Shown in pieces: positions 22,801 to 34,142 of a stretch of 64,000 bases of DNA (its first letter is position 1; each line of letters starts with the position of its first letter). Both the position numbers and the translations under genes were made by a program. The notes beneath the pieces are model-generated. The model was not told the DNA's origin and made no database searches. It saw only the letters and a program-made list of their open reading frames with translations. Source of the stretch: Cyanophora paradoxa CCMP329 (Eukaryota > Plantae > Glaucophyta); assembly GCA_004431415.1 (NCBI GenBank), contig QPMI01000088.1, forward strand, positions 62,001-126,000, given 5' to 3'.

Positions 22801-23801
22801 TCGAGCCGATCTTGTCGCCCAGGTCCTGCATCGCCTTCGGGTTCGGGCCCATGAACGCGATCTTCGTCTTCGTGTTGTTCAGCGTCTCGGGCAGGCGCGG
22901 GTTCTCCGACGCGTGGCCCCAGCCGGCCCAGACGGCGTCGCAGCTCGTCTGCTCCGCGATGTCCACGATCAGCGACACGTTCGCGTAGTTGTTGTTGTTC
23001 GTCCCGCCGGGGACCTCCACGAACTCGTCCGCCAGGCGGATGTACTCCGCGTTCACCTGCGCGCGCGACGCTCGCGCCCGCCCCGGATCGTCCGCACGCG
23101 CGCGCGCCCCCGCGGACCTTCAGATCGTCGGGCGTGGCCATGACGACGAACTGGATCTGGCGCTCGTTGCCAAAGGTCTCGTACGCCCAGCGCCGAATGG
23201 AGCGGATCGCCTGCCCGCAAGCGATCAGAGCAAAGGAGGCGAGAAGGAAAGCGCACGCAGCACCTTGACGGCGCCGATGCCATTGTTCGCGATGAGGACC
23301 TTCCGGATGACCTTTGAGCCGCCCAGGCGGCGCACGTACTCCGCAACCGCATCGTCCGTATCCAGAGAGAGCGACAGACTAGCAGAGCCAGTCCGGTTGT
23401 GGAGCTCGTGGGTGGGCTTCTGAGACCGCGGATCGGCGTCAGCCGCGCGCGCGCACCCTCCCGGGCTGCCTCCCAGCCGATTCGCACGCTATCTAAGATG
23501 CTGAACCACTTCGCTAAGTGGCTTGATCGCCCGCGCCCGGGGGCGCGGACGCCGACGATCGCTATCAGGCGGGAGATTTCAACAACGGCAGGGCGCACCA
23601 TCTGCGGCGATGGCGGAACGCTCTTGGCCTTCACGCCAGACGAACCCTCACCACCCGCAACTGCAGATCGCGCGGCGGCAGGCCCGTGAGTGACGTTGAC
23701 GAGGATCCGATCGATGAGACCACAGGCCGGCGAGCGTTGGTCTCGGCGCGCAACGCACCACCGTTAGAGCCACCGGCTGCCCCGTCTTTGACGTTCACCA
23801 T
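13853..23801 (-). CDS. ACC1: Multidomain (eukaryotic homomeric) acetyl-CoA carboxylase, about 30 exons, probably cytosolic
   Basis: BC domain ([53 protein letters not shown]), biotinyl motif EIEVMKM, CT domain ([32 protein letters not shown]); start MVNVKDG at 23801 inferred by splicing. Confidence 0.97.
20836..20920 (-). ncRNA. Intronic box C/D snoRNA candidate 1 (18S rRNA guide)
   Basis: Sense strand: C box TGATGA, D' CCGA, C'-like TGTGGA, D box CTGA; perfect 10-bp terminal stem GGCGTCGCCG/CGGCGACGCC; 12-nt guide complementary to the conserved 18S segment CUUCAACGAGGA. Confidence 0.85.
20959..21027 (-). ncRNA. Intronic box C/D snoRNA candidate 2, copy A
   Basis: ATGATGC (C-like), guide AAAGTTGATAG antisense to 18S CUAUCAACUUU, CTGT (D'-like), GGGG/CCCC hairpin, TGATGA (C'), CTGA (D); flanking stem GGCTCG/CGAGCC. 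Confidence 0.7.
21081..21149 (-). ncRNA. Intronic box C/D snoRNA candidate 2, copy B
   Basis: Core identical to copy A, offset by 122 bp; flanks are chimeric between those of A and C. Confidence 0.6.
21203..21271 (-). ncRNA. Intronic box C/D snoRNA candidate 2, copy C
   Basis: Same core with GTGATGC C-like box; its own imperfect flanking stem GGCGTGCGG/CTGCCCGCC. Confidence 0.7.
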
Positions 23802-24514
23802 GGCCCAGCTGCGTGCCGGAAAACGGAAGTCCCGAGATCAGACCAGGTTCGCGCGCGCGCGGCGCTGGCCATCTGGGGTCTAAGACTGCTGCCACGGAGT
23901 TGAAGAAGCTAGCCTTCAGCTCGGGCACGGCCGGCGCAGATCGGGTCCCCAACCGGCGCTGTATGCGCACAGCGCACCAAGATCCGAACAATCTCCGAGG
24001 CCAAGATGCTTGAGCGCCACGCTTCGAGCTCCTCAACGCATCGGCAGCCGGATCCAACTCGCGGCGATGCTTTGCCGGCAGGCCTGGCGCTGCGCGGCGA
24101 ACTATGGCGTACCCCCCGACGATGTGCTTGTCACCGCGCCGACCGTCTGCTTCCCGCCGCTTCAACGAGCATGCGTAAAAGACGTATACGTAAACTTTTT
24201 TAATCGGCGCGTCTAGATCTAACATTCGTGTCCGACCGACTCTGCAGCATGCGCAAGCGCGTACACGTACGCGTACGAGTGCTGGCACTGCGGCGAATTC
24301 GAAAAGAATGCAATATAAATGGAAAAGAAATTGTATTATGTGACTGTCGGAAAAACACTCTGCACATCACAAAGGAATCTAGATCTGTACTGCCGGAATT
24401 GCATAATCGCGTCAACTGTACTGCTGACGGCGGGGCGGGGCGCAAGGCCCACGGGCCTCTACGCGCCCTAAGCTACGGGGGGCACTACGGGGGGCGGGCG
24501 TCGCCCGGGGCGGC

Positions 24515-26556
24515 CTACAGGGCGGAGGGGGTGTGGATGCGGGTGTAGCGGACTTTGGAGGGGCGCGAGGGGCCGACGACGAGGGCCTCGTAGACGGGGG
24601 TGGGGAAGGGGCCCTCGAGCTCGAACTTGAAGTCGCGGAGGAGCACCGTCCAGATGGTCTTGATCTGGAGGAAGGCGAACTGCTCGCCCAGGCACGCGTG
24701 GCGCCCGGCGCCGAAGCCGAGCCAGCCCATCGCCACCTTCTTGTCCTCCTCGCGCGGCGGCACTGCCGCCCGAGCGCATCAGAGGACGAACGGACGGGAG
24801 GCGGGGGCGGGGGCGGCGGGGCGCACGGAAGCGGTACGGGTCGAACTCGTCGACGTTGGTGAAGATCTCCTTGACGCGGCCGCCGAGCGCCGGCGAGCAG
24901 AAGAGGAAGTCGCCGACGGGGATCGTGTAGCCCTTGCAATTCACCTCCTTGAGCACCTTGCGCATCACGAAGATGAGCGGCGGCGTCATTCGCAGCGCCT
25001 GCGCCGGGGTCGGTCAGCGGGGCACAGAGCGGGGAGGAGCGAGGGGTGGGCGGGCCTCCTTGATGCAGGCGTGGAGCAGGTCCATCTTGCGGAGGGCGTC
25101 GGCGGTGATCTGGCCGCCCGTCTCCCCCAGCACGCGCTGCTGCTCCTCGCGGACGCCCTCGCTGCGGCCCCCGGTCAGGGCGGCGGGGCGGGGGCGAGCA
25201 GCGGGGCGGCGGGCCGGCGGGGCGCTTACACGACGTCCTTGCGGCGGTGCATGTAGAGGCCGGTCCAGGCGGAGGTGATGGAGCTGGTGTGCTGGCCGGC
25301 GAAGAGAAGCGCGAGCATGAGCCCGCCGACCATCTCGGGAGTGTTCTTCGTGCCGTCCTTGTACGTGTGGTCCATGAACGCCTGCAGCACGTCGTCGTGC
25401 TGCGCGCCGCGTCAGCGCGCGGGAAAGCAAGAGGAGCAGGAGGAGGATAAGAAGAGGGGCCGACCTTGACGTTGGGGTTGGCGCGACGCTGCTGGATGAT
25501 GGTGTCGAAGATCTTGGCGATGTCCTTGCGGGCCTGGTCGCGGATCTTGTGCTTCTTGATCGGCAGGTACGGTGCGAAGAACGAGATGGGCGTCACGCCC
25601 TCGTCGACCTTGTGGAGCAGCGGCTCCATCTCGGAGAACATGTGCTCGCGGATCTCGGGGCCTGCGGCGCAAATCAGCGGCCGGCGCGGCGCCGCGGCGA
25701 CAGCGCCGCGGACCCATGAGGCAGCGGGTGGCGGTAAGGATGATGAGCTTGCTGAGCTCGTCGGACAGGTCGACGACGCCCGAGTCGCCCCAGCGGCGGA
25801 AGAACTCCTCGGCCTCCTGGATCTGCGCGCCGCGCGAGAGTTTCAGCTCGACGCTCCCTAGATTGAGTGTACAGTCTGCGCACCATGAGCGGCACGTACG
25901 ACTTGAGCTTCTCGGCGCGGAGGACGGCGTGGACGAGCTTGAGCTGTTCGGCGCGCTTCTCCGGCGTCGCGCCGTACACGACGTCGGGACCGAACATGGG
26001 AACCTAGAGCAGAAGACGTTAGGTGGCGTGGGCCGCTGCGGCGGGGGCGGCCCGCGCACGGAGAAGTCGTAGGCCTCCTGCTGGCTGAGCTCCTCATCGC
26101 TCGACTTGAAGAACGTCTGGTGGGGCTCCGGGCCGACCATGAACGTGAGCCGGTACCCGAAGAGCTTGATGGTGAAGATCTCGCCATACTGCCGCTCGGA
26201 GCGTTAGGTCGGGTCTCGCGCGGTTACGCGCCGCTCGCGCCGACCTTCTCATAGCCGTACTTGGCGAGCTTGAGCGGGTCCTGGAGGAACGCGAAGATGG
26301 GGCCGACGAACGGAATGGTCGAGGAGACGAGCGGCGGCGCGTTCTTCGGTCCCTGCGGCGCAGCACGTCAGCGGCGGCAACACGACGGAGCGGTGCAGGC
26401 GTCTAAATGACGTCGCAAATTGTGACTGCGCACCTTGAAGAGAGAGGACACGAGGAGGAGGACGAGCAGCGCGGCGCCACCGACGATGCCGAGCGCGACT
26501 GGCTCGTAGGCCAGCACCGCCGCGTAAAGCTTATCTGGCTGCGTGATGAGGTCCAT
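24515..26556 (-). CDS. CYP51: Sterol 14-alpha-demethylase (cytochrome P450 CYP51), multi-exon
   Basis: N-terminal TM anchor, [15 protein letters not shown]-helix [22 protein letters not shown], heme motif [11 protein letters not shown]. Confidence 0.92.
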
Positions 26557-26935
26557 CGCAGCCTGTGCTGACGCTCCGACGCTCCCTGGGTTGGCGGGAG
26601 TGGCGTGAGTCGCCGAGTCAACACCTCGGGCAGGACTTCCCGGTCTTGTACCCCCGCCAAGAAGACTTCAAGAACATCGCGAGTCGAACCTCGAATTCGT
26701 TGCCAAATGCATTCCTATTGCTTGCCCTTGAAATTGCAACTACGGTTTCGAATTAAGTGGTCGCCTTCAACTCATGCATGCCTGTACTTGCAATTGCGTG
26801 CTCAAACTATTGCTTTCGGGCTGAGAGACTTGACTGGACGAAATCAATATTGCACTTCGTGCGTTCAATCTCACACCGCCCTGCCACTAAAAACTAGTCT
26901 TACGCTGTGCAAAGGAGAGGTACCCTCACTCCGAA

Positions 26936-28154
26936 AGGGTGCCGCTGATAACGCTGTCGATCTTGGCCTGTTCCCTGTCCTTCCTGTCCTTCTGTGCATC
27001 ATCAGCCTCCTGCAGCAAAGAGTTTCAGCCCATCCAACCAGTCCGCAGCGAGCATGAAAGGCCCACCTCGTCCTCATCTCCTGTTGCTCCTCGCTTCTTT
27101 CTTGCACGCTCCGCTTTCCTCCTCTCTGCTGCTTGTCGCTCTTTCTCGGCTGCAAGCAGCAAGTCAGCAATGCAAAGAGTACATACAGTGCATGAGGCTC
27201 GAACCGGCCCGTCGCTTCTCCAAGTAGTTGAACGTATGCCTGCAGGGATGCAATAGTCAAAGAGCTGGAAATCTTTCAGAATCCATAAATCAATGTGCCA
27301 CACCTTTCAAACTGCTCAGGATCATTGCCATAGTTGCGGTATAGGCCAAGGAGACCCTCATCCTTGGATGTTGCCATTAGAACCAGGTCATCACGATCCG
27401 CAGGGTTCATCTTGGTCGTCCCATCGGATGCAAAGTGCATGCCCTCTAGTAATCGCATTAGACCTGCTTGAACAGGGTCGTCTATTGGGAAGCCTGGGTG
27501 TAGGCAAAAGCCCATCAGAGACCGAGCGATTCAAAAATAAACATAGCCTACCCTTGTCCAAGCTGAGCCGCAAGGGGATCTCAAGTCGCTGTGCCCTGCA
27601 GCAGACGAGGATGAGCCCCAGTGCTGTATGAATCAGCCGCGACGCGCCGCACCGGGTCCAGACGATCCAACTGTCGTCTGTCAAATACCTCACTTGCGTG
27701 GAGTTCTTAACGGGCTCGCAGAAGTGCGGCGGAATCCAGCGGCAGACCGCCCTGATCTCCTCTGGCGTCAAGCCGGGGGTCTGCAGGGAGATGTGCTTCT
27801 TCAAAGAGCTCAGTGTCGGCCATCGCATCATGACTGTCTTCATCTCGCCATTCGGGAACTCGATAGTGCGCAGGCCCTTGCCTGCAAGTCGACCGGTCGG
27901 CTAGGGTGCCCGGCGCGCTTAAGGCGCGCCCGCACCGAAGATGAATCCCTTGAGTACATGGAACGCAAACGCAGCGCCACCGATGTCCTGCGCGCGCTCG
28001 GCGGTCAGCGGCACGCAAAAGACTCGCGCCGGTTGGCGGCTCGCCGCACCTTCCAGTACGACGCCACGAACGCCGGCACCTTAGCTCCGGCCGCGAGCGC
28101 CTTCGTCCCGACCGCTGCCGCCTTCGCGGCCGCTATCTCAAACCCGGTCGGCAT
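26936..28154 (-). CDS. Hypothetical protein, multi-exon, with charged coiled-coil C-terminus
   Basis: Spliced MPTGFEIAAAK...FHVLKGFIF..GEMKTVMMRWPTLSSLKKHI...DRDDLVLMATSKDEGLLGLYRNYG...AEKERQAAERRKAER...ISGTLSE*; no family recognised. Confidence 0.55.
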
Positions 28155-28391
28155 CCGCGCCGGGCCAGGGCTCGCGGCGGTGCCTTCCTATTACAACCGA
28201 TCGCCAATGCTAGCAGCGCCGCTCAGTAAACGCTCCAGCCACTGCTGGGCTGGGTTGTGGGTACACACTGGGGGTACACTGTCGAGCGACCCTCGAGCTC
28301 TCCTTCCGCCTGGCTTCTGAACTTTATCAATTCTGATCGTTTCGGCAGCCAGCGAACTTTAAGCTAGTCATCTCAGGCGAAACCGAAAGCG

Positions 28392-28927
28392 ATGCCGCCG
28401 AAGTCGACGGCGAAGCCTCCCGCTGCGGCTGCCAGCAAGCGCAACGCGCCCGATATCAGAGATCAGTTTCAGCAGAAGCGTCCGAGGCAGCAGGAAAAGA
28501 GCGAGAAGAACCTCGAGCCCTCGAAATCGGTGACCGCAGGTTCGCATAAGCGTACGCCGCGTGCTGGCCTGTACGCGCTCTCTACGTAATTTCTAGCTTC
28601 TAACACTTCTCCTAGCGGCGGCAGTAACTTCGCCCACTCCGCGCGCCGAGGTCAAGCCGAACATCGTGCCAACCGAGGTTGAAGAGGAGGAGCTCAAGAC
28701 GTTCGATCTGACGAACGCGTGGGGGCCTTGCGACGGCATGACACGTCAAGAAAGGTGCGAGGGTCCTCGCGCATCGGCGCGCGCTGGATAAGCGCATGCT
28801 GAGAGGCACCTCGACCAGGTTCGCGCGAGCTGAGAAGCTCGGCCTGGATCCCCCGGCGCGCATCGGCGCGCTTCTCAAGAAGTACGGAAGCGCCGCCGAC
28901 GGGTGCATCTGGAGCGACCGCGTGTGA
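28392..28927 (+). CDS. POLD4: DNA polymerase delta subunit 4 (p12/Cdm1)
   Basis: LKTFDLTNAWGPCDGMTRQERFARAEKLGLDPP matches the POLD4 signature; three exons; TGA 28925-28927. Confidence 0.88.
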
Positions 28928-29324
28928 ATTCGAAGCCCGGCCGCAGCCCGCGGCCGTCGAATATTTCTGAGCGGCCTTGAGCTCAACGCAGCGGCGTGCG
29001 GCTTTGTGCCCCTAGTAGCTCGATGACCCGTCTCACATAACTTGTAGCCTATCCAACTTTGCAAACTTGTACAACCTGTCGTCCCTCAGTTCTTGTGTCG
29101 GGACTCTTTCAGTCTCCCAGATCTGCCGCCCCCCCTTTCGCTGGGGCCTCGCCCTATTCTGCTGTTGCAACCTCCTAGTTTCTCGGTTTATTGTCGTTCT
29201 AGATGTGTAAATTGAAATTCAAGATTCGACAGAACGACCGTGCTTGTCATGATGATCATCGGATGCAGTTACAATCAATTACTTATGCTTGAGCTGAACT
29301 AGTAGGATTGTCGCAGACTCGCAG

Positions 29325-32300
29325 TCAAGAGCCAGAGGGCCGCCGGGATCCGGCGTTGACGTGGGCGCTCTCGCCGGGCGCTCTCCGCGCGAAGGTGGCG
29401 GCGAGGGGTACGGCGGCGGCCGCGGCCTGGACGAGGCGCTCGGCGCCGGTGGAGGCCCGCCGCGCAGGTGCCCGCCGCGCGCCGCCGCCGCCTCCTGCGC
29501 GCGCCCCGAAGTACGAGGCCCGCGTCTTGTACTGGTGCTCCCGGTTCTGCGGGTACAGCCACCGTTTGTAATTATCTCGGAGTTCATGCCGGGGCGCGGG
29601 CAGAGGAGCGACGGCACCATCTCGTAGTCGCGGGCGTACAGGAGCGCGTGCTCGAGGGCCTCCGCGTCGAGCACCCCCGGGAGGCTGCGGGCGGCTCGCG
29701 GGCGCGGCGCGAGCCGGGCGCGGCGCGGGCGGGGCGCACCTCGACCGGACGCGAGCGTCCCGCCGGTAGGGGGGCAGGGACCCCTCGGGGAGGCTGGCCC
29801 GGAGGGCGGCGGGGGCGGCGGGGGCGGGGGAGGAAGAGGGGGGTGGGGCGCTGGGGTTGGCCGGCGGCATGGGGGCCAGGCGGGCGGGGCGGGGGCGGAC
29901 AGCCCTGGCGCAGCATTCCGTGAGCGGGGGGCGAGGAGAGAGGGATCGAGGTGAACGCAGTACCCGGCGGGGGGTGTCATTCCGGGGAGCCAGGGGCCGC
30001 GGGGGAAGAAGGGGGAGGGGAGCCGCGTCGCCGCCGGCGCGCTCTCGGTGAGCGGGCTGGGCGGGGGGTCAGAACGCACACTGAGCCCGGGGGTTCGGGG
30101 TGGGATAAATGGGGGCGCACCCGGGGCCGAGGCCGCCATTGGGGGGATCGAGCCCGAAGATCCCCGGGGAGACGGGGGCCGAGGCCGAGGCCTGCGGGGG
30201 TTCGTCGGGGGGTACAGAGCCTTGCGGAGACGGGGCCAGCGCACCCGCAGCACGGGGGAGGGGGGCGTCTGGGAGAGGGGAGAGCCGGGCCCGCTGGGCC
30301 CGCCCTCGGCGCCCTGAAAGGGAGGAGTGAGACGCGGGGACACGGAGGACAGGAAAGAGGCGCACGGGGCCGGGGCCGGGGCTGGCGCTGGCCGTGGCGG
30401 GCGCGGGCGGGTCGGGTTCGTGGAGGTCCCCGGCGAGCGCGGGGAGGCCCAGGGGTGGGACGAGGGGGGCCCCGGAGAAGGACGAGGGGGACTGCGAGGG
30501 GACCTGCGACGCGGCTTCGAGTCAGGCGTGCGGGAGGGCGGGCCTTCGACGCGGGTCGGAGGGGTACGGGCGCACGGAGCTCCAGGAGGCCGGGGGCAGC
30601 TCGGCGCGGTGGAGGTGGGAGCGCGGGCGCGGGCCCCCGTGGCTCGGCCACGGCGGCGTCTGCAGAAACTGCCGCTGCGGACGGGACGCCGGGCTCGAAG
30701 CGCGCGCGGAAAGGGGACGGCGCGGGGTCCGAACCCGGAGGGCGAGGCGCTGGGCGGCCGCGGTCGGCGCCGGCGGCGGCGCCGAGGAGGAGGAGAATGA
30801 CGAGGAGGCGGTCCCGCCCTCGGAGGAGGTCGCCTGGCCGTCCGCCGATCCCTCCAGCGAGCTCGAGGCCGGGGGCGGGGGCGGAGCCTGCGCGGCCTCG
30901 TGAGGCCAAGCAGCTGCGCGCGCCTCCGCGGCAGGGGCACGGGCCTTGGGGAGGGACATGAGCCAGGCCACGTCCTGCGTGCCGTCCAGGGCGGAGAAGC
31001 TGCCCAGCGCGGGGGCCCGCCGGGGCGCCCCCGCGGGGGGCCACTCCTCCTCCACCACGTCCTCCGCCCCCGCCTCCTCGGCCCCGGCCCCCTCCTCCGC
31101 CCCCTCCGCCTGCGTCGCGTGCGTTCAGATGGCGGACGGAGCACGGGGCGGGGCACGGGCCTCCTCTGCGGCGGCGATGGCGCTGTTGCGGCGGAGGGGC
31201 GAGGCGCTGCGCCCCTCGCGCTCGCTCGAGCCCGAGTGGCTCGGCGGGCCCTCCCGCGACGGCCGCTTGCCCCCGCCCGAGACCGCCGTCTGCCCCCCGC
31301 CTCAGCCGGCGCGGCGGAGAGGAGGGGCGAGGGGGGCGGCGGACCCCGCGCGAGGAGCCGGCGGTGCTGGGCCCCTCGTGGTGCTGCCGGCCCTCGCTCC
31401 CCCGGCTCTGCCAAGGCCCCGGGTTGACATCAGCGTCGAACCAGGACCAGGAAAGGAAGGCAGGGGGGGGCGCGCACGTGCACGGAGAGGGTGGAGGTGC
31501 GCCGGTCGCGGCCCCGCGCGGCGGCGGCGGCTGCGGCCGCGGCCGCCGCCAGCTCCCTCAGGTGCGCCTCGAGCGCCTCCTGCGGGGGCGGGTGAGGGCG
31601 GGAGGGGCCGGCGGGGCGGGGGGCCGGGCCTGCGTGTGGACGAGGACGTCCGGGAAGGCCGAGGAGCGGAGGACGCGGGCGACCCGCCAGCCCCCCGGGA
31701 TCTCTTTCGAGCCGGCACCCCCGAGCCCCGAGGGCCGCGCCCCGCCCTCGGGCGTCCCCGCCCCCTCGTGCGCCCCTTCGTGGTCCCCGGATCTCCGCGC
31801 GCTGCGTCGCCGCCTCGGATGAGCGGAATGGAAGAGGCGCGGGCTCGGATCCCGGCGCGTGCCTCACGGACTTCGAGCGGGAGCCGTGGCCGGGGGGCAG
31901 CGTGCTGAGGAAGGAGGGAACGCCGGAGGGCACGGTCACCGAGGCAGCCCGCCTGAAGCGATCCTGCGGGTGCCGGCCTCTCAGCTCGCACCGATGAAGG
32001 GGCGCCGGCGCGGGGGGTACGGCGCACGTCGTCGCGGGGCAGGTCTGCGGCGGACCACGGGCAGTTCGACGCGTCCAGCGAGAGCTCAGCTACCACCGTC
32101 TCCCTGCGGCACGCTCAGGAGGGGAGGTGTCGGAGGGCTCGGGATGGGGTACGGCACCCGTCCTCGAGGAGGGCCTCGCAGGAGACAAGGAACGAGACGT
32201 GCACGCGGCCCGTCTGGAGGGGTACCGCGTCCCGCGGAAGCTCCACGTCCACCGCCACTAAGCAAAGGGGGTATAAGTGAACTGTGGGGAGGAGGAGGGG

Positions 32301-33606
32301 GGCGGAAAGGGGGTACGGCCGCACCGCACTCGTGAAGGAGGCGGGAGGTGGGGGCGAAGTCGAGGCGCTCGGTCTCCTGGTCCCCGAACCTGCGCCCCGA
32401 CGCTCGGATCAATAGAGAGTACCCCGCAAAGAGAGGCGGCGCGCACTTGCGGGCGAGGAGGGTGCGGCGGAGCTGGCGCCAGGAGTCGCCCCAGCGCACC
32501 AGCGTCAGCTCCTCCACCATCACAGCCACCTTCGCCACGTCTGCGCGAGGGGCGGCCGCGGTCGGCCCGGGCGCGGCCCGGGAGGTGCGCGAGGGGCGGG
32601 GGGGCGGACCGGGGGCCTCGGCGTCGTGGCAGACGTCGACGACGAGAACGGCGCGCCCGCGGTGCGACTCGTGCGCCCGCCGCACCGCCAGCGTCACCTG
32701 CGCCCCGGCCCGCCGCGTCGGATGTCGCCTGGCCTGGGCGGGGCGCCCCGCGCCCCAGGCGCACCGCGTTCGCCACGAAGGCGGGGACGCCGTCGGCGGC
32801 GGCGCTCGGGCGGCGCTCCGTGCCGGGCCCGCCCTCGGACAGGGGCTCCATCGCCGGCCGCGCGCCCCCGCCGGCGGGTACGCCGTCCGAGAGCGCCGTC
32901 ACTATGAGCGACCGGTGCTCCTCCCGGGCCGCCGGCCGCGGCGGCGGCGCCGGAGCGGGTCCGGGGGGGCCGCCCCGCCCCCTCCCCCGCCGCCTCTCCC
33001 GCCCGGGGTCCTGCGCCGCACACCTCATCTGAGGCGGCAGGAGGGAGGGGGGACGGTACGGGGCGGCGCACGTGGGGGAGGATGGGTACAGTGATCTCGA
33101 CCTCGCGTCGCTGCCCCTCAGAGACCTGAACGACCGCCTGCGGGGGCGCTCGGGGCCGGGCGGGGGGCGCTCGAGGGGCGGCGGGGTGCGGAGTGGAGGA
33201 CCTTCAGGGCGTAGCGGATGGAGAAGGCGGCGCCGGGGCGCTCGAAGGTGGGGTGCGCGTCGTGGGGCACGGCGAGCTTGAACGGCACGGGGGCCTCCCG
33301 GGCGCGCTGGCCGTGGCGGCCGCGGCGGGCCTCCTCCTCGCCCGCGGCCGGGGCCGGGGCCGGGGCGGCGGGAGCGGGCTCCTGGGCGGGGCCGGGCAGG
33401 GGGACGCGGGTCCAGACGAGGGCGCGGCTGCGGCTCTCGGTCTTCCACTTGCGTCGCCCGCCGGGGGCCCGCGTGCGCAGCGAGGCGACCTCGAGGAGCA
33501 GGAGGGCCATCACGCGCGCCCCGCCCGCCTCCCCGGCGCTGAACGACACGCTCCCCCGCAGCGCGCTCCCAGCGTACGCCACCCGCTCCTCCGTCTCGAT
33601 CTTCAT
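29325..33606 (-). CDS. Arrestin-fold-like protein with a long Pro/Ser-rich tail; model approximate, possible frameshifts or two genes
   Basis: MKIETEERVAYAGSALRGSVSF and VPFKLAVPHDAHPTFERPGAAFSIRYALK resemble arrestin-N; later beta-rich VAKVAVMVEELTLVR; the rest is low complexity. Confidence 0.5.
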
Positions 33607-34142
33607 CCTAGTTGCTGGTCCCGAGGTCTACAGGGCGGCGGCCGCGGTGGCCCTGTTATTCGACCAACGAAACTTCAGATCGCCCGGCCGCCGACCAAAG
33701 AAACCTGGGCATTGAGCTTCTTTAGAGGCGGAAAGGATACAGTGAGTGGGCCCGGGCGCGCACGACACTCAAATTGGGGTGCCAGTGACGAGCATCTTTA
33801 TAGCTGCGGGCCAGCCTCCAGCGGGGCTCGGTCCGGATCTTCGATCGAAGAGATTTCGTGTCAACCAGGCTCAAAAACTAGCGCAAGGCCTCCGAGCGGC
33901 TGTTGGCAAGGGTTCGATGAAACTCGCAAGTCTACTCGGACGCGCTATGCAAGCGGATTTCCACTATTTTCGGGGCTAGGAAGAACAGCGACTTGCCGAC
34001 GCTGCTGCCCGTGCCCTCAACAGCGAGATGGCTCGATAGCTCGGCGAATGGGGGTACACGCAAGCGAGTGTTCGAACGGCTTGCCAGCATGGTGCTCTCC
34101 GCGCGCCTGTGAAGGGTTAGAAGTTAGCTACGCGTCGCTAGT

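Noticed and set aside
14089-23110. CCCCG-rich short introns as Introner elements
   Set aside because: Similarity is low-complexity plus splice signals only; I found no near-identical intron pairs or terminal repeats
13853-26556. ACC + CYP51 (plus RABGGTA and the CaaX protein) as a lipid/sterol biosynthetic cluster
   Set aside because: Different pathways, no cyclase or tailoring genes; adjacency is explained by gene density unless synteny is shown
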